41,937 nucleotides of DNA from Patescibacteria group bacterium UBA1400 (GCA_002305125.1 DBQG01000016.1:1-41937), one strand, 5' to 3'. Positions 17,725 to 27,894 are shown, numbered from the stretch's first letter. Notes: a model not told the origin generated them from the letters alone. Translations and numbers: made by a program.

Positions 17725-18789
17725 TTATTTCTTATTAATAAGTTTGTTTAAAATCTGCCATCTTTTTTTCTTTTCCTGGGGAGAAACATCATCTTTCATT
17801 TTATAAGCCACAGTTCCGAGTCTGGGAGAATATTTGGAAATGTAGGCAATTTTAAACTTGGCTTTTTTGGCTAAGCTGAGCGTATTTTCAAACTGTTGTT
17901 TTGTTTCTCCGGGAAAACCGACAATAATATCAGTACCTATCTGGATATCAGGAATCTCCCGTCTGATTTTTTTAAGCAAATTCAAATACTGGGCCGAAGT
18001 ATACTTCCGGTTCATCTTTTTTAAAATCAAATCATCCCCTGACTGAACCGCCAGATGAAGATAGCGGTCAATTTTAGGCAATTTCATGGCTTTGATAATT
18101 CCGTCTTGTAAGTCGTGAGGGTTTGAAGTGATAAACTTTATCTTTTCAAGTCCCTCAAGCTCATGAAGCAAAGCCAGTAAAACAGCAAAATTATTTTTAT
18201 ACTTCTTTTCCAGGTTCAAAACTTTTTTCTTTAACTCTTTTTCTTTTACCTGAAACTTTTTACCCTTATGATAACTGTTAACGTTTTGGCCCAGCAAGGT
18301 CACCTCTTTGTAACCATGAGAAACAAGATGACAAATACTTTCATAAACTTCCTGGATAGGAACAGATCTCTCCCGGCCGCGGGCATAAGGAACCACGCAG
18401 TAGGTACAGAAATTATCACACCCCTGCATAATGGGAAACCAAGCATGAAGCTTATCTTTTCTTAAAGCCTTTTTGCCGGAAATTAACTCCTGAACCTTAA
18501 CAAACTCATCAACACCCGGAACCTTATCCTGTAAATAAGCGGAAGAGTATCTTAACATACAGCCGGTTAAAATAATCTTTTGTTTGCCGACCTTTTTCCT
18601 TAAGTTGTTAATCAGCCCTAAAACCCGGTCTTCAGCCGACTGCCGCACCGAACAGCTGTTAATCACCACTACATCAGCCCCTGCTATAGTTTTGGCTTTT
18701 TGGTACCCTTTAAGCTGAAAAGCAGCAGCAATTTGTTCACTGTCAGCCTCGTTCATCTGACAACCAAAAGTCTTAATAAAATATTTCAT
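17725..18789 (-). CDS. miaB: MiaB-type radical SAM tRNA methylthiotransferase (short, no TRAM domain)
   Basis: TFGCQMNEADSE, NSCSVRQSAE, GCDNFCTYCVVPYARGRERS, LLGQNVNSY, TDIIVGFPGET. Confidence 0.88.
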   Translation of the reverse strand: MKYFIKTFGCQMNEADSEQIAAAFQLKGYQKAKTIAGADVVVINSCSVRQSAEDRVLGLINNLRKKVGKQKIILTGCMLRYSSAYLQDKVPGVDEFVKVQELISGKKALRKDKLHAWFPIMQGCDNFCTYCVVPYARGRERSVPIQEVYESICHLVSHGYKEVTLLGQNVNSYHKGKKFQVKEKELKKKVLNLEKKYKNNFAVLLALLHELEGLEKIKFITSNPHDLQDGIIKAMKLPKIDRYLHLAVQSGDDLILKKMNRKYTSAQYLNLLKKIRREIPDIQIGTDIIVGFPGETKQQFENTLSLAKKAKFKIAYISKYSPRLGTVAYKMKDDVSPQEKKKRWQILNKLINKK

Positions 18790-18817
18790 AAGCCTAATTA
18801 TAACATTGAAAAACCTT

Positions 18818-19492
18818 TTAATCAGAAAGAAAAAGGTTGTCTTTTAACCTGTTTTTAAAAGGAAAAAGCAGTAAAACTCCGGTTAAAAATCCGCCTATAT
18901 GGGCAAAGTAGGCCACACCTCCGGTCATCTGATCAACCAGAGCCAAACTGCCAACCCCGGCAAACAACTGAGCAACAAACCAGTAAAAAAGCATAAAATA
19001 GGCCGGCACAGTAGCAGTACGTAAAAATAGGCCAAAAGAAAAAAGAATATCTATCTTGTGCCTGGGAAATAAAAGCAAATACCCGCCCATGACCCCAGCA
19101 ATAGCCCCGGAAGCTCCCAAATTAGGTACGGTCGAGTTGGGATCAATTAAAATCTGAAGTCCAGACGCTCCCAAACCGCAAATAAGATAAAAAAGAAGAT
19201 ATTTAACATGACCCAGCTTGTCCTCAAGATTATCGCCAAAAATATTTAAGAATAACATATTGCCGAAAATATGACCCAAGCCTCCATGTAAAAACATGGC
19301 CGTCAGCAAAGAAAGCAGATTTCTACCTGAAGTTACGTGATCCGGAGTAAGGGCAAACCTGTCAATAAACTCCTCAAGCCCGCTGCTTCCCAGGGAAAAC
19401 ATATAAATAAACACTAAAATATTAAGGCCAATCAAAAAATAATTGATTATCGGCACTCTTCCTGAAGGATTATGATCTTTTAAGGGAAACAT
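18818..19492 (-). CDS. Rhomboid family intramembrane serine protease
   Basis: MFLHGGLGHIFGNMLFL, GASGAIAG, AYFAHIGGF. Confidence 0.95.
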   Translation of the reverse strand: MFPLKDHNPSGRVPIINYFLIGLNILVFIYMFSLGSSGLEEFIDRFALTPDHVTSGRNLLSLLTAMFLHGGLGHIFGNMLFLNIFGDNLEDKLGHVKYLLFYLICGLGASGLQILIDPNSTVPNLGASGAIAGVMGGYLLLFPRHKIDILFSFGLFLRTATVPAYFMLFYWFVAQLFAGVGSLALVDQMTGGVAYFAHIGGFLTGVLLLFPFKNRLKDNLFLSD

Positions 19493-19826
19493 AGGATTTT
19501 AAAATAAACTTAATAAAGTAAATCAATGACAAACCAAAAAATAAAAAAGTTAACACAAAAAAGAAACCGTCTTCAAATTTAAACAGATGGGAAATAACAT
19601 TATGCAATACCAAACTTGACAAGGAAAGCAATAAAAAGGGAAAAAACTGATTAGGCTTAAAAGGACGAACCAAATGTAAAAACCAAACTCCGGTTAAAAA
19701 TAAAACAATAACCTCATCCAAAACATTCTCCCGACCCTTTAAAATGTCGTGAAGGGCCAACAAAGAAAATAAAACCGCAAAAAAAGAAACAACTGTTTTT
19801 ATCCCAAAACCATCGATATTTATCAT
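19470..19826 (-). CDS. Small hypothetical membrane protein (about 4 TM)
   Basis: Hydrophobic ORF. ATG 19826 lies 6 nt after an extended -10 (TGGTATTAT). Confidence 0.6.
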   Translation of the reverse strand: MINIDGFGIKTVVSFFAVLFSLLALHDILKGRENVLDEVIVLFLTGVWFLHLVRPFKPNQFFPFLLLSLSSLVLHNVISHLFKFEDGFFFVLTFLFFGLSLIYFIKFILKSYVSLKRS

Positions 19827-19907
19827 ACTAATATAATACCATAACAGACAAAAATGCTTTAAGGTAAATTTAAATAAAAAAACCAATATATAAATATTTT
19901 TTCAATA

Positions 19908-19935
19908 TTGACAAAGAACAAATTTAAACTAAACT
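19908..19935 (+). promoter_or_regulatory. Promoter for the GNAT/ATP-grasp operon
   Basis: TTGACA-N16-TAAACT. Confidence 0.55.
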
Positions 19936-20011
19936 TGAATATAGTTTTTAAAACAAATTTTTGTAAAGGAGGAGCTGCCTACCAGTTACTTGCTGGTAAA
20001 AGTGTTTCAAC

Positions 20012-21076
20012 TTGGCACAAGAACAATCACCCGATCCAGATAAACCACCGGGTGACCAATTACTAAATCTTATTGCTCTGCAAAATCCGGTCTCCTTGGA
20101 AAATTTTCCGCAAAAGGAGGCTTTTTTAGTTGGGAAAAGTATTCTGGATTCCCAGGTAGCACAAATCGAAGTTCAGGTTTTAACCGACATTAAAATCTGC
20201 AAAGAGTTGTTTAATAAGTTTAGTCCTCAAGACACTATTTTTGCCACTTGGGACTTTCGCTATGCTTGGCATCTGGGCTACAACTACCTACCCTGTTTTA
20301 TAGTTGTTTTTTTTGATAAAAAGGCTGTAGGCTTACTACCCCTATGGTATGAACATGACAAGAAACAATTCAGATGGTTTGGATCTTACTGGATGGAAGA
20401 CAACTCCTTCTGGGTGTTTGATAAAAAATATATTCCTCTTCTGCTTTCTATCTGTCCCTCCAGAACTTATTTAAATGCAATTACTCTGGACTCAAAAAGT
20501 TTTAGCAAAATTCTTAACCTTAAACAAGATGAAGCCAAGTACACTCTTAATCTCACCCGGTTTAACTCGTCAGAAGATTTTTTACAGGCTTTAAACAAAA
20601 AAAAACGCTATAACCTGAAAAGAGACTGGAAGCAAATTACAAACCAAAAACCAAAGATAATTATAAACCGGTTTAAAGATCTTAGTACCTTCTTTGACTT
20701 ATCCATTCAAAGATTTGGGGTTGATTCTGACTGTACTGATCCCAAAAGAAGAGAAACTTATAAACAGATTTTAAAACAAGCTAAAACCTATCAAGTAAGA
20801 ATGATTACCACCGAGATTAAAGACAAAATAGCCAGCGTTGATCTTGTTTTCCTTTTTAAGGACACTTATTATGCTGCTAAAGGCTCTAATAATATTAACC
20901 TCTTTCCGGGTATCGGCCATTTTGTTAATCTTTTCCAGATTAAAGATGCCCTGGCTCTGGGTTATAAAAAAATTGACTTTCTCCAGCATAGTTACGGCTG
21001 GAAAGAAGAGCTTTTTACCAGCATCCCGCTTTACTGTTTTAAGAAGAATTTAAAAACAAAAGAGGTGGAAATCTAA
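20012..21076 (+). CDS. GNAT-family (FemAB/CelD-like) acyltransferase; start uncertain
   Basis: FLQALNKKKRYNLKR, FPGIGHFVNLFQIKDALALGYKKIDFL...WKE. TTG start has no adjacent SD. Confidence 0.75.
   Translation: MAQEQSPDPDKPPGDQLLNLIALQNPVSLENFPQKEAFLVGKSILDSQVAQIEVQVLTDIKICKELFNKFSPQDTIFATWDFRYAWHLGYNYLPCFIVVFFDKKAVGLLPLWYEHDKKQFRWFGSYWMEDNSFWVFDKKYIPLLLSICPSRTYLNAITLDSKSFSKILNLKQDEAKYTLNLTRFNSSEDFLQALNKKKRYNLKRDWKQITNQKPKIIINRFKDLSTFFDLSIQRFGVDSDCTDPKRRETYKQILKQAKTYQVRMITTEIKDKIASVDLVFLFKDTYYAAKGSNNINLFPGIGHFVNLFQIKDALALGYKKIDFLQHSYGWKEELFTSIPLYCFKKNLKTKEVEI
20090..20127 (+). terminator. Terminator-like hairpin inside the 5' part of the GNAT ORF
   Basis: GTCTCCTT...AAGGAGGC stem followed by TTTTTT. 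Confidence 0.5.
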
Positions 21077-21077
21077 A

Positions 21078-22427
21078 ATGAACTCAATTTATATCTCCAA
21101 CATTCTTGAAGGCAATTACCGCAGTTACCAATCTTTACCAACAAAAAAAAGAATCTACTGGACAAGGTATGATCTTATGGATGCCAACCGGGTACTTTTA
21201 TACAGGGGCGACCATAAGGTAATTATAACTTCTTTTCCCATCAATAAAAGCCACTTTGATTTTTTCACCAAATTGATGGGCTGGAAAAACATCGTCAACC
21301 TTTACCCGGAACACAGCTCCAACTCTATTTGTGAAGATCTGCTCTCCAATAAAAATCTAAACCAAAATTTAAAAGAGATTATTAAAACCAATCCGAAAAT
21401 TCAAATCATTCCCTACCGGACCACGCCGGAGTTTAACAAACTTGCTGCCAGTTTAAAACAGGAAGGGCTAAAGTTCACGACTCCGGAATCAGTTGATCCT
21501 GATAAGGCTTTTGGACTTAACTACGCCCACTCAAAAAGAGGCTTCAGGCATTTATGGAGCAAAAGTAACCGGGAAGAAAGTATAGTTAAAATCCCCCAGG
21601 GTTTTATCACTGCCAATAAAGAAGAAGCAGCAGAAGCCGGCTTCTGGTTCAAACAGCAGGAAAAAGATTTTGTTATCAAGTACAACAAAGGCACCCAGGG
21701 AGTAGGCATCCTTTTAAATAAGCAAAAAGATTTTAGTCCGGAAAAACAGGAGTTTAAAAAACAATTAAAAAACCTCATGACTGACAAAATCTGGCATGAA
21801 CCCGTTATCATTGTGGAAGAGCTGATAACCCCCAACAACAGCTATTTGGGAGGCTCACCCAGCATTGAACTGCTGATCACTGAAAAAAACGGGATTAAAA
21901 AAAGCTATGCCAGCCAGCAGCTTCTGGCAGAAGACAAAAAAACCTTTTTAGGTGTTTACATCCATCCGGAAATAATAAAAGACAAACTGATTCAGGCCGC
22001 CTTTAAAGACAGCCTTAACTTCGGCAGACAGCTGGCAGAGCTGGGATACCACGGCTACTTTGATGTTGACCTGGTAATCTCCAAAGACAAACAAATTTAT
22101 GCGGTTGAGTCAAACCTAAGAAGAACCGGCGGCACCCATGTTCATGAGGCAGCCCAAAGCCTCCTAGGAGAAAAATATGAGTATCAGTACCATGTTATGG
22201 GCAAAGACGTGTTTTTAAGTGAGAAAAATAAGAACCTGGACTACCAGGAAATAAAAAAAAGACTGAAAAACCAGCTCATTAAAAACAAAAAACAGAAAGA
22301 GGGCATTCTCATAACCAACCCTGACATGCTCAATGTCAACGTCCTCAGCTTTATAATTACCGCCAAAACAAAAGAAAAACTCTTCCAACTAGAAAAAATA
22401 CTTAAGAAAAAACTGCAAGAACTCTAA
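21078..22427 (+). CDS. ATP-grasp domain protein (PGM1-like peptide ligase family)
   Basis: VIKYNKGTQGVG, IVEELI, GYHGYFDVDLV...YAVESNLRRTGGTH; SD GAGGTG upstream. Confidence 0.75.
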   Translation: MNSIYISNILEGNYRSYQSLPTKKRIYWTRYDLMDANRVLLYRGDHKVIITSFPINKSHFDFFTKLMGWKNIVNLYPEHSSNSICEDLLSNKNLNQNLKEIIKTNPKIQIIPYRTTPEFNKLAASLKQEGLKFTTPESVDPDKAFGLNYAHSKRGFRHLWSKSNREESIVKIPQGFITANKEEAAEAGFWFKQQEKDFVIKYNKGTQGVGILLNKQKDFSPEKQEFKKQLKNLMTDKIWHEPVIIVEELITPNNSYLGGSPSIELLITEKNGIKKSYASQQLLAEDKKTFLGVYIHPEIIKDKLIQAAFKDSLNFGRQLAELGYHGYFDVDLVISKDKQIYAVESNLRRTGGTHVHEAAQSLLGEKYEYQYHVMGKDVFLSEKNKNLDYQEIKKRLKNQLIKNKKQKEGILITNPDMLNVNVLSFIITAKTKEKLFQLEKILKKKLQEL

Positions 22428-22559
22428 AAAATAAACTAGTCTACATTTAAAAACTGCATACTATCTAACATCTTGTCAATTTGTTTTCGAATTTTTTACC
22501 CTACTCTCTAATTAATTATATTTAAATTTGATAACTAAAAAAATTAAAGAAGTTTCTAG

Positions 22560-24353
22560 TTATTCCACCAATCCCCAGCTGGTAAGTCTTTTTATCTCTC
22601 CTGCCTGAATGCGGTATAAAGAAGCATAAAGACCTCTTTGTTTTAACAGTTTTTCATGAGAACCTTGTTCTACCAGCTCTCCTTTATCCAGGACAAAAAT
22701 CTTATCAGCCCCTTGGGCTGTGGACAGCCGGTGGGCAATAATTATCGTGGTTCTGTTCTGAATTAATTTTTCCAGAGCCTGCTGAATATACATTTCAGAA
22801 ACAGAATCCAGAGCTGAGGTGGCTTCATCCAGGATAAGGATTTCCGGATCTTTTAAAATTACCCTTGCCAAAGCTATTCTTTGCCTTTGACCGCCGGACA
22901 GCTGCACTCCCTTTTCCCCTATTTTGGTTTTATACTTTTCCGGCAGCCTCATAATAAAATCATGACAATGGGCAATCTTGGCCACTTCTTCTATTTCTGC
23001 CTGACTAGCTCTGGGGTTGCCATACTTTAGATTTTCTATAATCGTATCAGCAAAAAGATAAGGCTCCTGCGTCACCCAACCAATATGCCTCCTCAAATCC
23101 CTTAAACTAAACTTTTTAATATTCACTCCATCTATTAAAACTCTCCCTTTATCAGGATCATAAAAACGGGAGATTAAGGAAACAACCGTAGTCTTACCTG
23201 AACCTGAGGGGCCGACAAATGCTACACTAGTACCTGCCTTAACAGTCAAGTTAATATTAGATAAAACCTCTTTTTGCATCTGGCTTCCTTGAGTTGGTTT
23301 AAGGTTATAAGAAAAAGATACCTTGTCAAATTTAATCCTGCCTTTAAGACTTTTTAAAGGTTGGGGATGTTTAACCTCTTTTATTTCCGGCTTAGCACTT
23401 AAAATCTTAAAATAATCCCGGGCACCGATCTGGGCTCTTTTAGCATCCCAGAAAAACCAGTTTAAATCCCAAAGAGGCGTTCTGATAATATCAACGTAGT
23501 TAATTAAAAGCACCATTGTTCCCAAACTAAACTGACCCCTAAAGCTTAAAATTACCGCCCAGACATATACTGACCACACCCAAGCTTCCATTATCAAATC
23601 ACCTAAAACCGCTACCGTCCTGTTTTTCTCAATCTTTCTTCTCAACTCTAAAATCAGCTGGTTAAACTCCTGCATTCTCCTTAATTCAAACTTTTCTGCC
23701 AAAAAAGACTTAATCAACCTCACTGAAGAGATGGCTTCCCAAAAATGCCCATACTGAGTGTCATAAAGTTTATGTTCTTCTTTTTCCAAGTCTTCATTTT
23801 TCCGAAAACGCCAATAACTTATTAAGGTAAAAGGGAAGATCATCAGGACAATCCAAAGGGCAATCGGCCAGTAAATGGACGCTACCACGCCAATTCCGAT
23901 CACGGCCGTCAGCAAAGAAGGAATAAAGTTAAGTCCGGAACTGTTAATAATCTGGGTAATTCTTGATGTTCCTCTCTCAAGCTTACTCATTGTTTCCCCG
24001 GAAATAGTCTGGTCAAAGTAAGAAACCGACAAGCTCATCAAATGGGCAAACCCCTTCTCCCGCAAAGAGTTACGGAACTTATAGGTAAAAAGGTTGGTGA
24101 AATAATCCATTGCCCTTCTTATACCCCGGCGTAAAAAACGGATACCAAGCAGGGCGGCGAAAAAAATAAACACCTGTCCGGGAACTGACATATTTCCCGT
24201 AGCTAAAGAGTTGGCCACACTGTCAACAATGTTTCTATTTATAAAAGGCTCTGCCTGATTTAAACCAGAAAGAAGAAAAATTAAAAATAAAACCAAAACA
24301 AACAGTTGCCAGTAAGGCTGGGCAAAAGAAATTATTTTTTTAAACTCACTCAT
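22560..24353 (-). CDS. ABC exporter, fused permease/ATPase (MsbA/Atm1-like)
   Basis: GPSGSGKT, LSGGQRQRIALAR, LDEATSALD, IAHRLST; N-terminal 6-TM domain. Confidence 0.95.
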   Translation of the reverse strand: MSEFKKIISFAQPYWQLFVLVLFLIFLLSGLNQAEPFINRNIVDSVANSLATGNMSVPGQVFIFFAALLGIRFLRRGIRRAMDYFTNLFTYKFRNSLREKGFAHLMSLSVSYFDQTISGETMSKLERGTSRITQIINSSGLNFIPSLLTAVIGIGVVASIYWPIALWIVLMIFPFTLISYWRFRKNEDLEKEEHKLYDTQYGHFWEAISSVRLIKSFLAEKFELRRMQEFNQLILELRRKIEKNRTVAVLGDLIMEAWVWSVYVWAVILSFRGQFSLGTMVLLINYVDIIRTPLWDLNWFFWDAKRAQIGARDYFKILSAKPEIKEVKHPQPLKSLKGRIKFDKVSFSYNLKPTQGSQMQKEVLSNINLTVKAGTSVAFVGPSGSGKTTVVSLISRFYDPDKGRVLIDGVNIKKFSLRDLRRHIGWVTQEPYLFADTIIENLKYGNPRASQAEIEEVAKIAHCHDFIMRLPEKYKTKIGEKGVQLSGGQRQRIALARVILKDPEILILDEATSALDSVSEMYIQQALEKLIQNRTTIIIAHRLSTAQGADKIFVLDKGELVEQGSHEKLLKQRGLYASLYRIQAGEIKRLTSWGLVE

Positions 24354-24425
24354 CCCGTTTCTCCTAACACTCCCTTAGACTATTGTAGCAAAAAAGCCTT
24401 AAAGACTAAAAGAAGTTTTCTAAAA

Positions 24426-27125
24426 TCAAGCTAAAATCTTAGCTTTGCTTAAAACAGTCTTTGCTATCTCTCCCACTAAAAGGGCTGACAAACTTAACCC
24501 CAAAGCAGTTCCCCATTCAGCCAAAGACAACACAGTGGTACCGAAAATATGGGCCACAAAAGGCAGTTGAACCACTAAAAAAGTTGCCAGTAAAGAAGTT
24601 AACACAGCCAAGTTAAGCCATTTATTATTAAATGGATTTATCTTAAAAAGTGATTTATCACTTTTACTGTTATAGGCATTTATCATTTCCATCAGCACCA
24701 TGGTAACAAAAACAATGGTTTGAGCCTTAACCAAAGAGTTTGCTTTTAAAAGAAAAGAAAATTGAGGCAAGAGAACCACGGCCATATTAAAAGCCAAAAT
24801 AAACATTAAACTGACTGCTTTGGGAGAAAAAATGCTTTTGGTAGGATCTAAGGGCTTGCGCTGCATGACTCCGTCCTCGCTGGGATCAACGCCCAAAGCT
24901 AAAGCCGGCAAACCATCGGTCACCAAATTAATCCATAAAATCTGAATCGCAGTCATCAACTGAGGCATACCCAGCAAAAATCCGCCTCCCAGAACTAAAA
25001 TCTCACCCACATTGCAACGCAGAAGATAAAACAGATACTTTTTAATATTATCATAAATCTCTCTACCTTTTTTAATGGCCTTAACAATGGTAGCAAAGTT
25101 ATCATCTGCCAATACCATATCCGAAGCTTCTTTGGCCACATCAGTACCGACAATTCCCATGGCAATACCGATATCAGCCTTTTTTAAAGCCGGAGCATCA
25201 TTAACTCCGTCTCCTGTCATGGCTACTAAATAACCTTTTTTCTGCAAGGCGGAAACTATCCGCAGCTTGTCTTCAGGTGATACCCGAGCATAAGACTTTT
25301 TATCAACAATGCGCAAAAAATCTTTTTCCGGCATTTTTTTCAGCTCATCAGAAGTGATAATTTGTTCTTTACTAGTAAAAAGTCCTAACTGCTTACCAAC
25401 GGCAAAGGTGGTTAAAGCATGGTCTCCGGTAATAATAATCGGCTTTATCCCTGCCTGCTTGCAGGTAGCAATCGCCTCAGCAGCTTCATCTCTGGCAGGA
25501 TCAATCATGCCTACCAAACCAACAAAAACAAGATCTTTTTCCAGGTTTTCCGCTTTAAGCTTGACATTTTCCCCAATTTCTCCCGAGTTAAGCTCACGGT
25601 AAGCAAATCCCAACACTCGCAGCGCTTCTCCGGCCATCCGGCTGGTTTGTTTAAGCCAATATTTTTTCTCATCATCGCTTAATTTAACTTTCTGGCCGTT
25701 TTTTAAAATAAACCTGCAATTGGCCAAAACCGACTCAGGTGCTCCTTTTAAAAGTAACTGTAAAGAACCGTCTATCTTGTGAATAGTACTCATCCGTTTC
25801 CGGGCCATTTCAAAAGGAAGCTCCTCAAGCCGAGGATACTTAGCCTCAAGGGATTTTTTAAGCAAACCTGCTTTAGCTGCCAAAACCACCAGCGCTCCTT
25901 CAGTCGGATCACCATCAATAAAGTAGCCTTTGCCTTTTTTAACTAAAAAAGCATCATTGCAAAGAGCCGCTATCTGCATCAGCTTTTGCGCTTCCTTATC
26001 TGAAGTTACCTGATAATTTTTACCATTGCTAAGCAAAAAACCACCCTCAGGCTGATAACCCACTCCCTCAACAAAAACGGTTTTCCGCTCTACTAAAACT
26101 TCCCTGACTGTCATTTCATTTCTGGTTAAAGTTCCGGTTTTATCAGAACAAATAACCGAAATACTGCCCAAAGTTTCCACTGCCGGCAAACGGCGGACAA
26201 TTGCTCTTTTTTTAGCCATTTCCCAAACACCTAAAGACAAAGAACCGGTAACCACCGCTGTTAAAGCTTCAGGAACAGCTGCCACCGCCAAACTCACTCC
26301 CCAAATAAGCATTTCTAGCAGAGGATAGCCCCGCCAGATACCAAGCAGAGCTGCAGCCGTACAAACAACTAAAGAACCAATGCCCAGAAGACGGCCAACT
26401 GAGTCAAGTTTTTTTTCCAAAGGCGTCGGTTCCTCTTTAACCTCACTTAAAAGCTTGGCAATCTTACCAAACTCGGTTGCCATTCCCGTCCCAACAACTA
26501 CAGCCCGACCCCTGCCTTTAGCAATAATAGTCCCAGACCAAACCATGTTTTTTCTTTCTGCCAAAGCCACTTCACTACCTGTAAGTTTTTGGGAAACCTT
26601 GCTGACCGGCACAGATTCTCCTGTTAAAACCGCTTCAGAAACCTGCAAATCAATCTCTTCAATCAGTCTGGCATCAGCCGGCACCTTATCTCCCCAGGCA
26701 AGCAAAATCACATCTCCGGGAACCAAATCTGAAGCCGGAATCTTTTGCGGTTGACTGTCACGCAACACGTGAGCGGTTGGAGAAGCCATTTTTTTTAAAG
26801 CTGACAGGGCCTGTTGGGAGCGGTACTCCTGGACAAAACCCAAAACTGCACTGAAAAAAACAATAGCCAAAATAATCAAGGATTCCAATACATCACCAAG
26901 CAAAAAAGAAACACCAACAGCAAACAGTAAAATTATGGTCAAAAGATTGGTAAACTGAGAAAAAAGTAAACCAAGCAAAGAACCTTTTTTTTCCTCAGTC
27001 AAAACATTGGGCCCAAAACGCAAAAGCCTTTTTCCAGCTTCAGCAGAACTCAAACCCTTAACGCTGGTGTCAAGTTTTTTATATAAAGAAGCAGATGACA
27101 ATGAGTACCAAGCAGTTTCAGACAT
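24426..27125 (-). CDS. Cation-translocating P-type ATPase (P2A, Ca2+-ATPase-like)
   Basis: TGES, AAVPE, DKTGTLT, KGAPE, MTGDGVNDAPAL, WINLVTDGLPALAL. Confidence 0.95.
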   Translation of the reverse strand: MSETAWYSLSSASLYKKLDTSVKGLSSAEAGKRLLRFGPNVLTEEKKGSLLGLLFSQFTNLLTIILLFAVGVSFLLGDVLESLIILAIVFFSAVLGFVQEYRSQQALSALKKMASPTAHVLRDSQPQKIPASDLVPGDVILLAWGDKVPADARLIEEIDLQVSEAVLTGESVPVSKVSQKLTGSEVALAERKNMVWSGTIIAKGRGRAVVVGTGMATEFGKIAKLLSEVKEEPTPLEKKLDSVGRLLGIGSLVVCTAAALLGIWRGYPLLEMLIWGVSLAVAAVPEALTAVVTGSLSLGVWEMAKKRAIVRRLPAVETLGSISVICSDKTGTLTRNEMTVREVLVERKTVFVEGVGYQPEGGFLLSNGKNYQVTSDKEAQKLMQIAALCNDAFLVKKGKGYFIDGDPTEGALVVLAAKAGLLKKSLEAKYPRLEELPFEMARKRMSTIHKIDGSLQLLLKGAPESVLANCRFILKNGQKVKLSDDEKKYWLKQTSRMAGEALRVLGFAYRELNSGEIGENVKLKAENLEKDLVFVGLVGMIDPARDEAAEAIATCKQAGIKPIIITGDHALTTFAVGKQLGLFTSKEQIITSDELKKMPEKDFLRIVDKKSYARVSPEDKLRIVSALQKKGYLVAMTGDGVNDAPALKKADIGIAMGIVGTDVAKEASDMVLADDNFATIVKAIKKGREIYDNIKKYLFYLLRCNVGEILVLGGGFLLGMPQLMTAIQILWINLVTDGLPALALGVDPSEDGVMQRKPLDPTKSIFSPKAVSLMFILAFNMAVVLLPQFSFLLKANSLVKAQTIVFVTMVLMEMINAYNSKSDKSLFKINPFNNKWLNLAVLTSLLATFLVVQLPFVAHIFGTTVLSLAEWGTALGLSLSALLVGEIAKTVLSKAKILA

Positions 27126-27310
27126 ATATTAAGAACCAAAGTTAATAAAAATTAAATAAAATAAAAATAAATATTAAAATAATAACCAATAAAAAAAATT
27201 ACCAAATCCACTTAATATTATAGGAAATTTACTTCCTAAAAACAACAATGGATATTTAAATTTTAACATTAATTGTAACCTGAGAAAGACTTTAATAACA
27301 GCAGGAAAGC

Positions 27311-27343
27311 AAAAAAAGTCCCAAGTTTATCTTGGGCTTTTTT
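27311..27343. terminator. Intrinsic terminator (bidirectional form) downstream of the nitroreductase gene
   Basis: A7-GT-CCCAAG-tttat-CTTGGG-C-T6. Confidence 0.7.
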
Positions 27344-27375
27344 CTGTCCCTAGCTTTTTCCCTTAAGTTTAAAAG

Positions 27376-27894
27376 TTAATACTTTTCCCAATGAATCTTA
27401 TCTTCTTCAAACTCATCTTTACCATGCTCGGGAAGTTTTTTAGCAGGATAACCTAAAGGCATCAAACATAAAACTTTGACTTCCTCAGGAACCTGCAAAA
27501 TCTTTTTAACATACTCTTCAGCCTCTGAACCATCCTCTCTTTTAGAACCATAAACCTGAACAAAACAGGTTCCCAGTCCCTGATTTTCAGCCTCAAGATA
27601 AATATGGGCAGCAGCAATACTACCATCCTCAAGCCAGTACTTATCCTCCTCATCTTTCCGGCTGCAGACAGTCAAACACAAAGGAGCTCTATCAACAAAA
27701 TAAGAATGAGTTTTTGTCTGTGCTAATTTTGCCAAAACTTTCTTATCCTTAACTACAATAAACTCCCAAAGCCTCATGTGTCTGGCCGAAGGAGAAACCA
27801 TGGCCGCTTTTAAAATTTCTTCCACTTTTTCTCTCTCAACCTCTTTGTCCTGAAACTCCCGATGACTTCTTCTCTTTTTAATCACCTCAAGCAT
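27376..27894 (-). CDS. Nitroreductase family protein
   Basis: KRRSHREF, SPSARHMRLWEFIVV, GLGTCFV, LGYP; SD AAGGAGG. Confidence 0.92.
   Translation of the reverse strand: MLEVIKKRRSHREFQDKEVEREKVEEILKAAMVSPSARHMRLWEFIVVKDKKVLAKLAQTKTHSYFVDRAPLCLTVCSRKDEEDKYWLEDGSIAAAHIYLEAENQGLGTCFVQVYGSKREDGSEAEEYVKKILQVPEEVKVLCLMPLGYPAKKLPEHGKDEFEEDKIHWEKY

Noticed and set aside
20130-20159. SD-preceded TTG followed by a G-GGA-AAA slippery heptamer that would shift -1 into the GNAT frame
   Set aside because: A frameshift at codons 2-3 is mechanistically doubtful and the GNAT frame is already open upstream; probably coincidence.
27126-27300. Possible yybP-ykoY riboswitch or 31-aa ORF (27174..27269, -) upstream of the P-type ATPase
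   Set aside because: Extremely AT-rich, no recognisable aptamer motifs, no SD for the ORF.
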